This document shows, piece by piece, positions 17,903 through 27,666 of a DNA stretch of 63,556 nt. How positions within the stretch are numbered: the first letter of the stretch is position 1; each line of letters starts with the position of its first letter. Origin of the DNA: an uncultured Desulfobacteraceae bacterium (lineage in GTDB: Bacteria > Desulfobacterota > Syntrophobacteria > BM002); contig CAYFXH010000005.1 in the NCBI GenBank assembly GCA_964346905.1, forward strand, positions 1-63,556, in the 5' to 3' direction. Both the position numbers and the translations under genes were made by a program. The notes beneath the pieces were generated by a model. It was not told the origin of the DNA, searched no databases, and worked only from the letters and a program-made list of their open reading frames with translations.

Positions 17903-18019
17903 GGCCCGCACCCGGATCAAGGTACCGTTCATTGTTGGACAGTTAGCGCTGCGGGGCCAACATAATCTCGGTGTCCTCTGTGATTACACTCCCTACCCTT
18001 TTCCTCGAGGAGGTGTACC

Positions 18020-19138
18020 ATGGCTGCTTTTACCTATCTTTTTTCAACCCTGAAAATTGGAGAGCTCACAGTAAAAAACCGTCTAACGATGGCGCCCCTC
18101 TACCTCGGTTATGCCGGCGAGGGTGGGACGGTGAGCAACCTGTTACTGGATTACTACACCGCGATGGCGCAAAGCGGTGTAGCGTTAGTGGTGGTGGAAA
18201 ATGCCACTGTCGACCACCCCACTGGTAGTGGTTCCAACCGAACAATACGAGCCGACACTGACGACAACTTGGATGGGCTCGCTGAACTCGCTGCCACCGT
18301 AAAGAAGGGAGGTGCCAAGGTCTGTTTGCAGATTAATCATGCTGGACGTTTTGCCGGTGTACCAGAGTCGGTGGCGCCTTCTGCTGTGGAAACATTTGGT
18401 CGTATACCCATGGCCCTGAGCAAAAAGGAAATGGGAGAGATAGCAGACAAGTTTGCCAGCGCCGCTCTCAGAGCGAAGAAAGCCGGATTCGACATGGTGG
18501 AACTGCATGGCGGCACCGGCTATCTGCTGGCCCAGTTCGTCTCGCCGAGGACCAACAAGAGAGGGGATGAATACGGCGGTTCTCTAGAAAATCGCCAACG
18601 GTTCCCCTTGGAGGTGGTGGCCACTGTAAAGGAATTGGTTGGAGATTATCCGGTGGGCTATCGATTCTTGGCGGACGAATGGTTGCCTGATGGTCTGAAA
18701 CTGAGAGAGTCATCTCCGTTTGCCAAAGCTCTGGCTGCTGCCGGGATTGCATATCTTTCAGTTATGGGTGGGACGTATGAGTCCTTTTTCTTACCGGAAA
18801 TTGTAGAAAAATCGAAAGAAAAAGGTTACATGGTTGACCTCGCTGCAGCAATCAAAAAGCACGTTAACGTTCCAGTTATAACCGCTGGCAGGATTGACAG
18901 CGGCGAGCTTGCTGAACACGTCATAGGCAGCGGCCAGGCAGATTTGATTGGTCTGGCGCGGGTTCTGTGGACGGACCCGAAATGGCCTGAAAAGGTGAAG
19001 CAGGGAAAAGAGAGTGAGATACTGCACTGCGACCCGGAGTGCGACACCTGTATACAGTTGGTGATGAAGGGCAAGCCTGCCTTCTGCGTCCGCTGGCCGC
19101 ACGAAAAAATGCGAGCATGGAAGGAGAAGTTCGTGTAG
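18020..19138 (+). CDS. Old-yellow-enzyme family NADH:flavin oxidoreductase (2,4-dienoyl-CoA reductase N-domain-like)
   Basis: 372 aa. Motifs NRLTMAPL, LQINHAGR, GFDMVELHGGTGYLLAQFVSPRTNKRGDEYGGSLENR and DLIGLAR. Confidence 0.85.
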   Translation: MAAFTYLFSTLKIGELTVKNRLTMAPLYLGYAGEGGTVSNLLLDYYTAMAQSGVALVVVENATVDHPTGSGSNRTIRADTDDNLDGLAELAATVKKGGAKVCLQINHAGRFAGVPESVAPSAVETFGRIPMALSKKEMGEIADKFASAALRAKKAGFDMVELHGGTGYLLAQFVSPRTNKRGDEYGGSLENRQRFPLEVVATVKELVGDYPVGYRFLADEWLPDGLKLRESSPFAKALAAAGIAYLSVMGGTYESFFLPEIVEKSKEKGYMVDLAAAIKKHVNVPVITAGRIDSGELAEHVIGSGQADLIGLARVLWTDPKWPEKVKQGKESEILHCDPECDTCIQLVMKGKPAFCVRWPHEKMRAWKEKFV

Positions 19139-19287
19139 GTAGTCAGATCCAATATAGCTGGCGAAGGCTGTCAATATCCGGTGCTTCGGGAATTTCCCAG
19201 CCCTCAAGCTCCAACCATGTAAAGTTCAATGCACAACCGGTCTTCGGATTTACCGTTTCGTTAGATTCGATATGAGGATTTTTTGCT

Positions 19288-20022
19288 ATGACCACTGATC
19301 TTTTAGCTCATCGCATCTGTTTAGTCACCGGGTCAAGCCGTGGGATCGGATTAGGAATTGCCCGGTCCCTTGCTGCGAATGGGGCCACAGTCGTGCTGCA
19401 TGGCAGGGATGAGGACGCACTGCGTACATCCCTGGCTAGTTTACCCGAAACGACGAAGCACAGCTTCATTGTCGCTGATCTAAGTTCGGCTAAAGGTACG
19501 CGAAACCTGGTTGACGGCTTCCTCCAGTTGGAAGAAAAACTGGATGTGCTCATTCACAGTGCAGGAATTCTGGGCCCTAAGACTCCTTTGGCTACCTATC
19601 CGGAGGGAGATTGGGATGAAGTCCTTTGGATCAACCTCACCGCTCCATTTCTCATCACCCAGGCGCTGCTGCCAGCTCTGAGAAAGGGTGACCAGCCATC
19701 GGTGATCTTTATATCCAGCGGGGTCGGCAAAAAGGGTCGTGCTGAATGGGGCGGTTACGCAGTGAGCAAATTCGGGGTGGAGGGAATCACTCAGGTGTGG
19801 GCCGCTGAGTTGCAGCAAGAGGGCATCAGGGTGAACGCGGTAAATCCGGGAGGAACTCGTACCCAGATGCGGGCCGCCGCCTATCCCCAAGAAGACCCAC
19901 TAACCCTACCAACTCCGGAGGAAATCGCCCCAGTCTTTGTCTGGCTGGCCAGAGTCGATACCCAGATTACCGGACAAAGTCTGGAGGCCAGAGACTGGAT
20001 AGCGCGGGATCCGGCCGTCTAG
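19288..20022 (+). CDS. Short-chain dehydrogenase/reductase (YciK-like)
   Basis: 244 aa. Contains VTGSSRGIGLGIA, and the catalytic region reads SSGVG...YAVSKFGVEG. Confidence 0.85.
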   Translation: MTTDLLAHRICLVTGSSRGIGLGIARSLAANGATVVLHGRDEDALRTSLASLPETTKHSFIVADLSSAKGTRNLVDGFLQLEEKLDVLIHSAGILGPKTPLATYPEGDWDEVLWINLTAPFLITQALLPALRKGDQPSVIFISSGVGKKGRAEWGGYAVSKFGVEGITQVWAAELQQEGIRVNAVNPGGTRTQMRAAAYPQEDPLTLPTPEEIAPVFVWLARVDTQITGQSLEARDWIARDPAV

Positions 20023-20095
20023 CGAGAGCTGTTCTCTCCATGTTGTGCTACTGTGTTGAGATTACACTATATTTTCCTCTTGGAATCAAAGGCTT

Positions 20096-20293
20096 ATGGC
20101 GAAAATTCCCGTAGTTGACCTGAGTGAATGCATCGAGTGTGAATGCTGCGTGGAGATTTGTCCCGAGGTTTTCAGAACCAGTGAAGCCATGGGCTACATC
20201 GAGGTGGTTGAACTTGAAAAATACCCCGTGGGAGCGGTACAGGATGTCATTAACTTTTGCCCAACCGATTGCATTAGCTGGGAAGAGGAATAG
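20096..20293 (+). CDS. Small single-cluster ferredoxin
   Basis: 65 aa with CIECECCVEICP plus a distal CP (FCPTDC). Confidence 0.75.
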   Translation: MAKIPVVDLSECIECECCVEICPEVFRTSEAMGYIEVVELEKYPVGAVQDVINFCPTDCISWEEE

Positions 20294-20365
20294 TGCGGTG
20301 TCCAAGCGCTAGCAGCCATGAGAAGATGTATGCTGGTTTGAGATAGATGAAATGAGGGTAATCAG

Positions 20366-20914
20366 TTATGGGCTCTGGATGATTTCTGCTAAATCAGCGG
20401 GCCTGAAGTCGAGTTTTTTGAATAGCTTCCTTTCAACCCCCTTGGCTATACTGAAATTTTCCCGGATGAGCAGGGAGAGTCTCTGATTATCCCTGCTGTA
20501 CCTTTGTAGAATGTCATCCATCCGCTCTTGTAGGCTGACCACGGAGGTGTGTAGGACTCTTTTGTCGGCATAGTAAACAATTTCCTTCTCTGGATACACT
20601 CCATCGGGAGAGTTACCTCTCAACCACACGTGCTCGCCAACAATATCGGCGATTTCATCAAACTGGTGCTGCAGGCATATCTCCCTTCCCAGAGCGGCGT
20701 GGTCGCCACCGGTCTCTATACATTGAGTCTTGCCGATGTCATGCAGCAGCGCTCCTGCTATTGCCTTTTCCAGGGAAATGTGGACACCGGATCTAACAAG
20801 CCCCTGGGAGATAACTCTGACAATCTCGGCGACCACAACGCTGTGTTCTCTGATGTTGAGCAACATCTGGTACTGGTCCATCAGAACATAGCACTCTTTT
20901 TCTGTTGGTATCAT
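20366..20914 (-). CDS. HD/HDIG-domain metal-dependent phosphohydrolase
   Basis: 182 aa with HSVVVAEI...ALLHDIGK...DH. It has a 4 nt ATGA overlap with the upstream MFS gene. Confidence 0.75.
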   Translation of the reverse strand: MIPTEKECYVLMDQYQMLLNIREHSVVVAEIVRVISQGLVRSGVHISLEKAIAGALLHDIGKTQCIETGGDHAALGREICLQHQFDEIADIVGEHVWLRGNSPDGVYPEKEIVYYADKRVLHTSVVSLQERMDDILQRYSRDNQRLSLLIRENFSIAKGVERKLFKKLDFRPADLAEIIQSP

Positions 20915-22524
20915 GAGGTAGTTTTCCTTCCCGGCATCATGTTACACATAATAATGCTGATAAAGGATACCAGCAATGCGATCCAGAAAACAGCCTCAAC
21001 CCCCTTGCCGATGGACTGGCGGACCACATTTAGAGATGTGCTGGAAAGCGACGCCACCATTTCCGGCCGGAGGAATTCCTGAAGATTCTGGGAGAGCTGG
21101 ACTGCCAGGTCTGGCGGAATCTCTGAGTGCAAAGGAGAATTCATGAGGGTCTTAATGGCTTTATCGATGTAATGAGACACCAGGGCGCCAGAGATCCCTA
21201 TGCCTACGGTGCCGCCCAGGGTTCTGGCAAATTGTTGCGATGACGTGGCAACCCCCAGATCACTCTCAGAGAGACTGTTCTGCACTTTCAACAAGGTAGC
21301 AACGGATACGAAGCCCATGCCTATGCCAATTGGACAAACCACTGCACTAAAATAGATGAGACCTGTGGTCGGCTTGAAGGTTAGGGTGAGAGCAATACTG
21401 ATACACATGAGGAGCGCTCCGGCCACGCATGATAGTTTTTCTCCAAGTCGGTTTACGACCTGGCCGCAAACAAGGGCGCCAGCTGACCACCCCAAACTTA
21501 GGGGGACCATTACGAGACCCAACTCCGCGGCGGTTCTTCCCAGGGTGCCTTGAACGAAGAGGGGCAGGAATGCCAGAAGGGAAAAAATCGCAAAACTGCT
21601 GAAAAAAACGGCCCCGTTCGGCAGGGTAAAACCAGGTGTCCGGAAAAAATGGAGGGGCAGGATTGGTTCTGCGGCCCGCCGTTCGACATGCCAGAAAACA
21701 AGGCCGGCGAGGAGTGCAAGCATAAATAGGCCGATGGGCTGCGGAGAAAGCCAAGTGTGAGCTTCACCCAAAATGAGAAAACCGGACAACAGCGCTAGAA
21801 TGCAAGTGCTCAAGGCTATAGCGCCGAGGTAGTCGACAGCTGCATCCCTTTTCTTTTGCCGTGATTCCTGGAAATACCTCACAATAAAGAAAACTGCCAG
21901 GCTGCCAACGGGTACATTAATGTAAAAGACCCACGGCCAGGTCAAATAGGTGACAATAAGGCCTCCCAGCAACGGGCCCATAACACTTGAAACTCCCCAG
22001 ACAAAGCTGATAAGGCCCATCATCCTGCCGCGTTGTTCCGGAGCAGATACCTCGGACACCACGATATAGGCGAGAGCAAAATTGCCGCCCGCCCCAATTC
22101 CCTGCAGGGCTCGCAAGAGCACGAGCTGGGGCATGCTGTTCACCAGACCGGCAAGCAAGGAGCCAATGAGAAAAGCTCCTACAGCCAGGACAAAGAGCTT
22201 TTTGCTGCTGTAAAGGTCGGCCAGTTTGCCGAACAGAGGCAAAGCAATGGTCCTGGTTAGCATGTAGGCTGAAAATACCCAGCTATAGAGTTCCAGTCCA
22301 CCCAGGTCGGCAACGATGGTGGGCATTGCCGCCCCGATGATGAGAGCATCCAGCGCGCCCAAAAAAACCGCCAGCATGGCAGCGACGAGCACGAGAACTC
22401 GAGATGTATGTACCGTTTCTCCTGACACAAGTCTGGTATGTATCTTGGAAGTTGTTCGGCTCCAGTTGATCTGGCTAGATGGAAGCCCTGCCATGAGGGT
22501 TTTGTTTCTGAAAAGCCTTTGCAA
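20911..22524 (-). CDS. MFS transporter, 14-TM DHA2 (EmrB/QacA-like) type; the true start is probably downstream of 22524
   Basis: 537 aa maximal ORF. Contains FLGALDALIIGAAMPTIVADLGG, and the hydropathy reads as many TM helices. Confidence 0.8.
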   Translation of the reverse strand: MQRLFRNKTLMAGLPSSQINWSRTTSKIHTRLVSGETVHTSRVLVLVAAMLAVFLGALDALIIGAAMPTIVADLGGLELYSWVFSAYMLTRTIALPLFGKLADLYSSKKLFVLAVGAFLIGSLLAGLVNSMPQLVLLRALQGIGAGGNFALAYIVVSEVSAPEQRGRMMGLISFVWGVSSVMGPLLGGLIVTYLTWPWVFYINVPVGSLAVFFIVRYFQESRQKKRDAAVDYLGAIALSTCILALLSGFLILGEAHTWLSPQPIGLFMLALLAGLVFWHVERRAAEPILPLHFFRTPGFTLPNGAVFFSSFAIFSLLAFLPLFVQGTLGRTAAELGLVMVPLSLGWSAGALVCGQVVNRLGEKLSCVAGALLMCISIALTLTFKPTTGLIYFSAVVCPIGIGMGFVSVATLLKVQNSLSESDLGVATSSQQFARTLGGTVGIGISGALVSHYIDKAIKTLMNSPLHSEIPPDLAVQLSQNLQEFLRPEMVASLSSTSLNVVRQSIGKGVEAVFWIALLVSFISIIMCNMMPGRKTTS

Positions 22525-22762
22525 AAAAGACCGGAGGGCCTAATATACCAGGTAAGAGCTCTGGGGTCAGCTATGAGTTTCACGCTTTGGGTATAACGAT
22601 AAAACCCATACAGGCTGAGTGCTGGTGGCCGAGTGCGTTACGCCAGAAAGAGGAAGGCACCGTTGGTTAGCGCAGCAAGCTCTAACTGGCAAACTGGCGC
22701 AACCGGCTCAAGGGGCAAGCAAGCCAGGTACATAATGTTCCAAGGAATCTCTGGGCAACGGC

Positions 22763-23944
22763 ATGGAAGCTGAGAAATGGAATAAGGCGATCATCCACCT
22801 AGATATGGATGCCTTCTATGCTGCTGTTGAAGTTCTGGACAATCCATCATTGAAAGGAAAACCGGTTGTTGTCGGCGGCGGCAAAAAGAGAGGTGTGGTT
22901 TCATCGGCCTCTTACGAGGCCCGGAAGTTCGGCGTCCATTCGGCTCAGCCAGTTGCCACGGCAATGCGGCTGTGTCCCCCTGGGATTTTCCTGCCGGTGA
23001 GGATGCAGAGGTACAGAGAGGTCTCTCAGCAGGTCTTTGAAATATTTCACCGATTCAGCCCGCTGGTTGAACCCCTCTCCCTGGATGAAGCCTTTCTGGA
23101 TCTAACGGGCTCCACCCGCCTTTTCGGCTCCGTTGTGGAGGTTGCCAGAAAGATCAAGCAGCAGGTAGCTGCAGAGACGGGGCTCACGGTCTCTGCAGGC
23201 GTTGCTCCTTCCAAGTTTGTGGCGAAGATCGCCTCTGACATTCAGAAGCCCGATGGCCTTACCATTGTGCCGCAGAAGAAAGTAAGGGAGTTTCTCAATC
23301 CTCTCCCCATAGAGAAGCTGTGGGGAGTGGGGAAGACAACCCGCAAAACCCTCTCTCAGCTTGGGGTCAAGACCATAGGTGACCTGAGCCGTCTTCCTTC
23401 TGAGCTTCTGGTCAAGAGGTTGGGAAAACAGGGACTGCACCTACACCTCCTTGCTACAGGGGTGGACGAGCGGGAGGTCCAATCAGAGCGCCAGGTGAAA
23501 TCCATCGGCCACGAGGAAACCTACCCCGAAGATATCCGGGACATGACCTCGGTGAAAAAAGAACTCCTTTCCCTTGCCACTCGGGTGGCCCGGCGGCTTC
23601 GTCGCAATAATTTTATTGGCAGGACCATCACCCTGAAGGTGAAATACCAAGATTTTGTTCAGATTACCCGCTCAATTACTCTTCCGGAACCGAGTGATGA
23701 CGGCAGGGAGATTTTCCAGAATTGCTGCGACCTGTTGAGAAAGACCGAGGTGGGGAAAAGGCCGGTGAGGCTCCTTGGCATATCTGTGTCTCAACTCAGT
23801 ATGTTTGATGAAGAGGAGCAACTTGCCCTGTTCAACCAGATTGAGGTGGGAGAGAAGAGGAAGAAGTTAAACCGAGCTCTGGACACCATTTCCGATAAAT
23901 TCGGCGAGGAGGCCATAGTGCCGGGGACCCTTCTCGAGTCGTAG
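22763..23944 (+). CDS. dinB: DNA polymerase IV (Y-family)
   Basis: 393 aa. Motifs IIHLDMDAFYAAVE, SASYEARKFGV and SLDEAFLD. Confidence 0.9.
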   Translation: MEAEKWNKAIIHLDMDAFYAAVEVLDNPSLKGKPVVVGGGKKRGVVSSASYEARKFGVHSAQPVATAMRLCPPGIFLPVRMQRYREVSQQVFEIFHRFSPLVEPLSLDEAFLDLTGSTRLFGSVVEVARKIKQQVAAETGLTVSAGVAPSKFVAKIASDIQKPDGLTIVPQKKVREFLNPLPIEKLWGVGKTTRKTLSQLGVKTIGDLSRLPSELLVKRLGKQGLHLHLLATGVDEREVQSERQVKSIGHEETYPEDIRDMTSVKKELLSLATRVARRLRRNNFIGRTITLKVKYQDFVQITRSITLPEPSDDGREIFQNCCDLLRKTEVGKRPVRLLGISVSQLSMFDEEEQLALFNQIEVGEKRKKLNRALDTISDKFGEEAIVPGTLLES

Positions 23945-24003
23945 AGCATTGGTTCACCGGCTTAAAAAGCTCATACCACAGACAAATGGAGAGCAAATAA
24001 GGA

Positions 24004-24284
24004 GTAGGCAGCGGGCAGCAGGCAGGAAAGAGTGGACGGTAAATGGTAGACGGTTAATGTTAGTGTCCGTAGTCCGCCTGCCCCGTGGAATACGAACTCT
24101 ATTCCATTGGGGTGGCTAGTCGCCTCTAGTCAAATTCGTCATTCCGGAATCCAGAAGACAAGATGCAATTGGATACCTGATCTCGGCTTCGGTTCGTCCG
24201 GTATGACGATTGTTACCATCTTTGGTTTTTCAAGCGCTATTGACGACTAATCTTGCAACGGACAACGGACAACAAACAACGGAC
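24004..24284. repeat. Composite intergenic element: several heptamer-tandem tracts plus two internal hairpins
   Basis: GTAGGCA GCGGGCA GCAGGCA lies at 24004-24024. A T(A/G)NA(C/T)GG-type 7 nt periodic run follows from 24033. GTCCGTA GTCCGCC (24065-24078) is complementary to AACGGAC AACGGAC AACAAAC AACGGAC (24257-24284). The internal hairpins are at 24081-24112 and at 24137-24148/24197-24208. Confidence 0.7.
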
Positions 24285-24382
24285 GCCGCCAGAGTTGAGC
24301 GGGCAGAGAGCGAATTAAGAGAAAACGTCCAAATGACCAACGATACATGAGAAATGAGCCCTGACTGGCTGGTGCTGTTAAG

Positions 24383-25414
24383 ATGGAAGACCTGCTTGAA
24401 ACTCTCAGGATAAATGAGGAAATTGCTCAGAAGTTCTTTGAGATCGAGGTAAGTATTTTATCAATCCTCAATTTCAGGGATCTTTTTGAAAGACTGCTGA
24501 CAGAAATTAGGCAAAAGTTTGGCGTACCCTATGTGTGGATATCAATGATCGAAAAGAGTGAGGTCTCCGACCTGATGCAAACCCTGGAGTCCTCGAAGAT
24601 CCTCAAGGAGCGCTTGAATGTAATCGACCGGAATACGTTTTTGAACCTTATTGAAAACAGGGCAAAACCGATCCTCATTAGCGGTGATCTCAAACCCTAT
24701 CATCAACTCCTTCCTCAAGGACAGATGTACTTTATTCGCTCCATTGCCATCGCCCCGATAACCCTCGATGGCGAAATTATTGGCAGTTTGAACCAGGCAG
24801 ATATTTCCAGACTCCGTTACCGACCCGGAATGGACACGCGTCTGCTTGAACAGCTCGCCGTCAAGGTGTCAATCTGCCTGTCCAACGTTACCGCGCATGA
24901 AAAACTGAGATGGCTCGCTGGGAGCGATCCGCTTACAGGTTTGCTCAATCGCAGGGTGATGGAAACGGTGCTGCGACGAGAATACAAGCGAGCCGCACGA
25001 TACAAGTCCTCTCTGACGCTGGCGTTTCTGGACCTGGATGATTTCAAGGCGGTGAACGATCAATATGGACACGACCGCGGCGACGAATTATTACGCTATG
25101 TTGCCGCAACGCTCAAGGAGATGACCCGGGACAGCGATGTTGTTTCCAGGTACGCTGGGGATGAATTCGTAATAATCCTTCCGGGTACCAGCACACGCGA
25201 GACTCACCTTCTGATCCAACGGTTGCAGGATTACTTTCGAAAAAATCCCATGGATGCAGATGGTGAGACAATACCAGTTGCTATCAGTTTTGGACTTTCC
25301 TCAATAGGAGATGCTGGAGTCAATGACCCTACTTCTCTACTGAGAAAGGCAGATGAGATGCTCTACAGCGCCAAAAAGCGCAAGCAGGAAGATGGTCTTG
25401 AGACCGCTGACTGA
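24383..25414 (+). CDS. Diguanylate cyclase (GAF-like/DUF484-like N-domain + GGDEF domain with an AGDEF active-site variant)
   Basis: 343 aa. Motifs DPLTGLLNRR, FLDLDDFKAVNDQYGHDRGD and RDSDVVSRYAGDEFVIILPG. The RxxD I-site sits 5 residues before AGDEF. Confidence 0.85.
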   Translation: MEDLLETLRINEEIAQKFFEIEVSILSILNFRDLFERLLTEIRQKFGVPYVWISMIEKSEVSDLMQTLESSKILKERLNVIDRNTFLNLIENRAKPILISGDLKPYHQLLPQGQMYFIRSIAIAPITLDGEIIGSLNQADISRLRYRPGMDTRLLEQLAVKVSICLSNVTAHEKLRWLAGSDPLTGLLNRRVMETVLRREYKRAARYKSSLTLAFLDLDDFKAVNDQYGHDRGDELLRYVAATLKEMTRDSDVVSRYAGDEFVIILPGTSTRETHLLIQRLQDYFRKNPMDADGETIPVAISFGLSSIGDAGVNDPTSLLRKADEMLYSAKKRKQEDGLETAD

Positions 25415-25691
25415 CGTCTCCGCTTGCTTACCTTTTTCCCCTGCGGATTTGCCCGCCACTCAACAACCAACCCAGCATGATCCCAGGAAGAGTATGGATT
25501 TTTTTAAACCTCGTTTTTTTCAGCCGATAGGCCACCACAGTTGAGGGCTGGCCCGTTCGCCGCCCGGTCGTCAGTTCCAGGCTATGGCAAACCGGTCCTC
25601 TTCGCCTTCAACCGCTTGCCGGGCGGCTCGCATGGCGGGCAGGCACGCCCATCTTCACGGTCTCACCGCGGAGTTACGTGACTGATGCTGG

Positions 25692-26135
25692 CTAGGTGAT
25701 CTGGTGGACCTCGAGAATTCGTATCCGATATTTCAGAGTTCTTCCGGCGAGGGGATGGTTGAAATCAAGGACAAAATGATCTTTCTGGATGTCTCCTACG
25801 AAACAAAGACCTTTTTGGCCAGGTTTTATTTCCACCTTCAGGAGCGTTCCTTTCCTGAGTTGCTTGCCCTTGGGAAATTCTTCCAGTGGCACCCGGAGGA
25901 CTCGGGACTGATCAAACTCACCGAAGGCTTCCCCAGGCTGAAGCTTAAATTCCCTTTCGGCTCCAGGATTAAGCCCAACAATTTCCTCCTCAATTTTGGT
26001 AAAGACCTCACCCGAGCCAAACTTAAAAACCAGGGGATCCTTTCTGTTGGTGCCGAGCACTCTTGTGCCTGACTCCAGGAAGGCGTCATATTCCATGGTT
26101 ACATACGTTCCGGGACCAACCTGCGGCATGGGCAC
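25692..26135 (-). CDS. FKBP-type peptidyl-prolyl cis-trans isomerase, SlyD-like
   Basis: 147 aa. Motifs YVTMEYDAFLESG, FKFGSGEVFTKIEEEIVGL and DFNHPLAGRTLKYRIRILEV. Confidence 0.8.
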   Translation of the reverse strand: MPMPQVGPGTYVTMEYDAFLESGTRVLGTNRKDPLVFKFGSGEVFTKIEEEIVGLNPGAEREFKLQPGEAFGEFDQSRVLRVPLEEFPKGKQLRKGTLLKVEIKPGQKGLCFVGDIQKDHFVLDFNHPLAGRTLKYRIRILEVHQIT

Positions 26136-26454
26136 ATCCTTGTAAGCTGTTTTCAGATGATCCTTGATGAAATCTCTGCCAAAAAGATAATCCCTAATTA
26201 TAACGAATTAGTCCGGCCATGTGAACTACGAATGTATTGCCAAACTGGGGCTCGCAGGAATTTCGAAATGTGGAATGTGGATCTCAGAATGCAAACAGCG
26301 AAGTCATGGCACAGAGAATCCAAACCTCCTGAATTCCTGGATCTATGCTGGAGTCTCCTTTGGCTGCGGTTGACTCCATGGCTGTGAAAAGAGATAATGC
26401 CTAGAATTCGACACATTCAGTGAGATGGTCTCCTACTCCTGCTGGAGGTGGGTT

Positions 26455-27594
26455 ATGCGAAGGATATTGGCAACATGGTTGGCGGCAATGATGATTTTTA
26501 TGGTGACAATGGCGCTCGGTCAACAGGATGAATTTGAAGACGAGATGAGGAGCCAACAAGAGCAATGGGAATCACTCACCAAGGAAGGGGAGGACGTATT
26601 TCTTGAGACTGAGCAGAGTTGGAATCAAATGCTCAGGGAACAGCAAGCAGCTTGGGAGCGCATGGTGGCCGAGATCAACCGCATTTGGTTGGATAGCCTC
26701 ACCACCACCAAAAAAGAGTGGGTGGATTACAGTGATCAGTACTCCACTCGGTCCTATGTCAACTTTGAAAAAGGGGATATGGTTCTGGCCACCATGCTCA
26801 AAGCCAGTGAAACTCGTACCGCTGCATTGGGCAAAGAGAGGATCAGGAGGCAGTTGGCGAAAGTCCTCTCCTCCAACAACCCCTCGGGACGTTCCATTCT
26901 GGCTGGGCAGATTGTCGATAGCCAGGGACGGCCGGTAACACCAGAGACCCTGGACCGCTATCTCGAAAGAGATGTGTTTCCTCAACTCCGGCGGGATTCA
27001 AAACCTATTACGGGCAGAGATGGGGTGCCGCGCTACAAGGTCTCTGTTCCCCTCAAGTTGATTCCCAATCATACCATGGTACGAGCCCGACCCTACATTC
27101 CCGAGGTGAGCCGCCAGGCCCAGAGATTTCGGCTGCGGCCGGAGTTGGTAATGGCAGTAATTCACACTGAGTCCTATTTCGATCCCATGGCGCGCTCCCA
27201 TGTTCCAGCCTATGGACTCATGCAATTGGTACCCATCTATGGGGGAAGGGAAGCGTATAGATATGTCTACGGAAGAGATCGCGTCCTTCCTGCAAGCTAC
27301 CTCTATCAACCGACAAATAATATCGAGCTAGGAGCGGCCTACCTCAATCTCCTTATCTACAAACATTTTGCCACTGAACGCAATCCGCTGAAAAATCTCT
27401 ATCTGTCAGTATGTGGGTACAACTGGGGACCCACCTCCATTCACCGCAAGATCATCCGCCGCTATCCCACCTCCACCATGAGTCCAGAGCAGCTCTACCA
27501 GGTGCTCCGGCAGCGGACTCCGCAAGAAACCCGTGACTATCTACAACGGGTAACACAACGGATGGGGATGTATCAGCCACTCTTCAAAGGATGA
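26455..27594 (+). CDS. Membrane-bound lytic murein transglycosylase (MltC-like: N-terminal DUF3393-like + SLT domain)
   Basis: The ATG at 26455 follows GGAGGTG and is followed by a signal peptide. The SLT catalytic region is VMAVIHTESYFDPMARSHVPAYGLMQLVP. Confidence 0.8.
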   Translation: MRRILATWLAAMMIFMVTMALGQQDEFEDEMRSQQEQWESLTKEGEDVFLETEQSWNQMLREQQAAWERMVAEINRIWLDSLTTTKKEWVDYSDQYSTRSYVNFEKGDMVLATMLKASETRTAALGKERIRRQLAKVLSSNNPSGRSILAGQIVDSQGRPVTPETLDRYLERDVFPQLRRDSKPITGRDGVPRYKVSVPLKLIPNHTMVRARPYIPEVSRQAQRFRLRPELVMAVIHTESYFDPMARSHVPAYGLMQLVPIYGGREAYRYVYGRDRVLPASYLYQPTNNIELGAAYLNLLIYKHFATERNPLKNLYLSVCGYNWGPTSIHRKIIRRYPTSTMSPEQLYQVLRQRTPQETRDYLQRVTQRMGMYQPLFKG

Positions 27595-27666
27595 TCATAG
27601 CTGGATGAGTCGGAGCTTTCAGAGGGTTCCTCATGGGTCACGGCCTATCAAGCGATCCGTGTATGT

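Noticed and set aside
22690-22712. GTTAG-N11-CTAAC palindrome upstream of dinB, considered as a LexA box.
   Set aside because: It does not fit any LexA consensus I can recall (CTGT-N8-ACAG, the Geobacter GGTT-N10-ACC type, or the Myxococcus type). Only the 5 bp ends are complementary.
24185-24210. A GGTTCGTCC word resembling a tRNA T-arm.
   Set aside because: The flanking sequence has no acceptor, D or anticodon arm complementarity. The word is part of the CGTCATTCCGGA/TCCGGTATGACG inverted repeat.
25540-25690. GC-rich tract with a 9 bp inverted repeat (GCCGCCCGG/CCGGGCGGC), considered as a small RNA or gene remnant.
   Set aside because: I could see no match to any RNA family signature I know. 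No ORF longer than about 15 codons is present, and the stem encloses about 50 nt without further structure. The evidence is insufficient.
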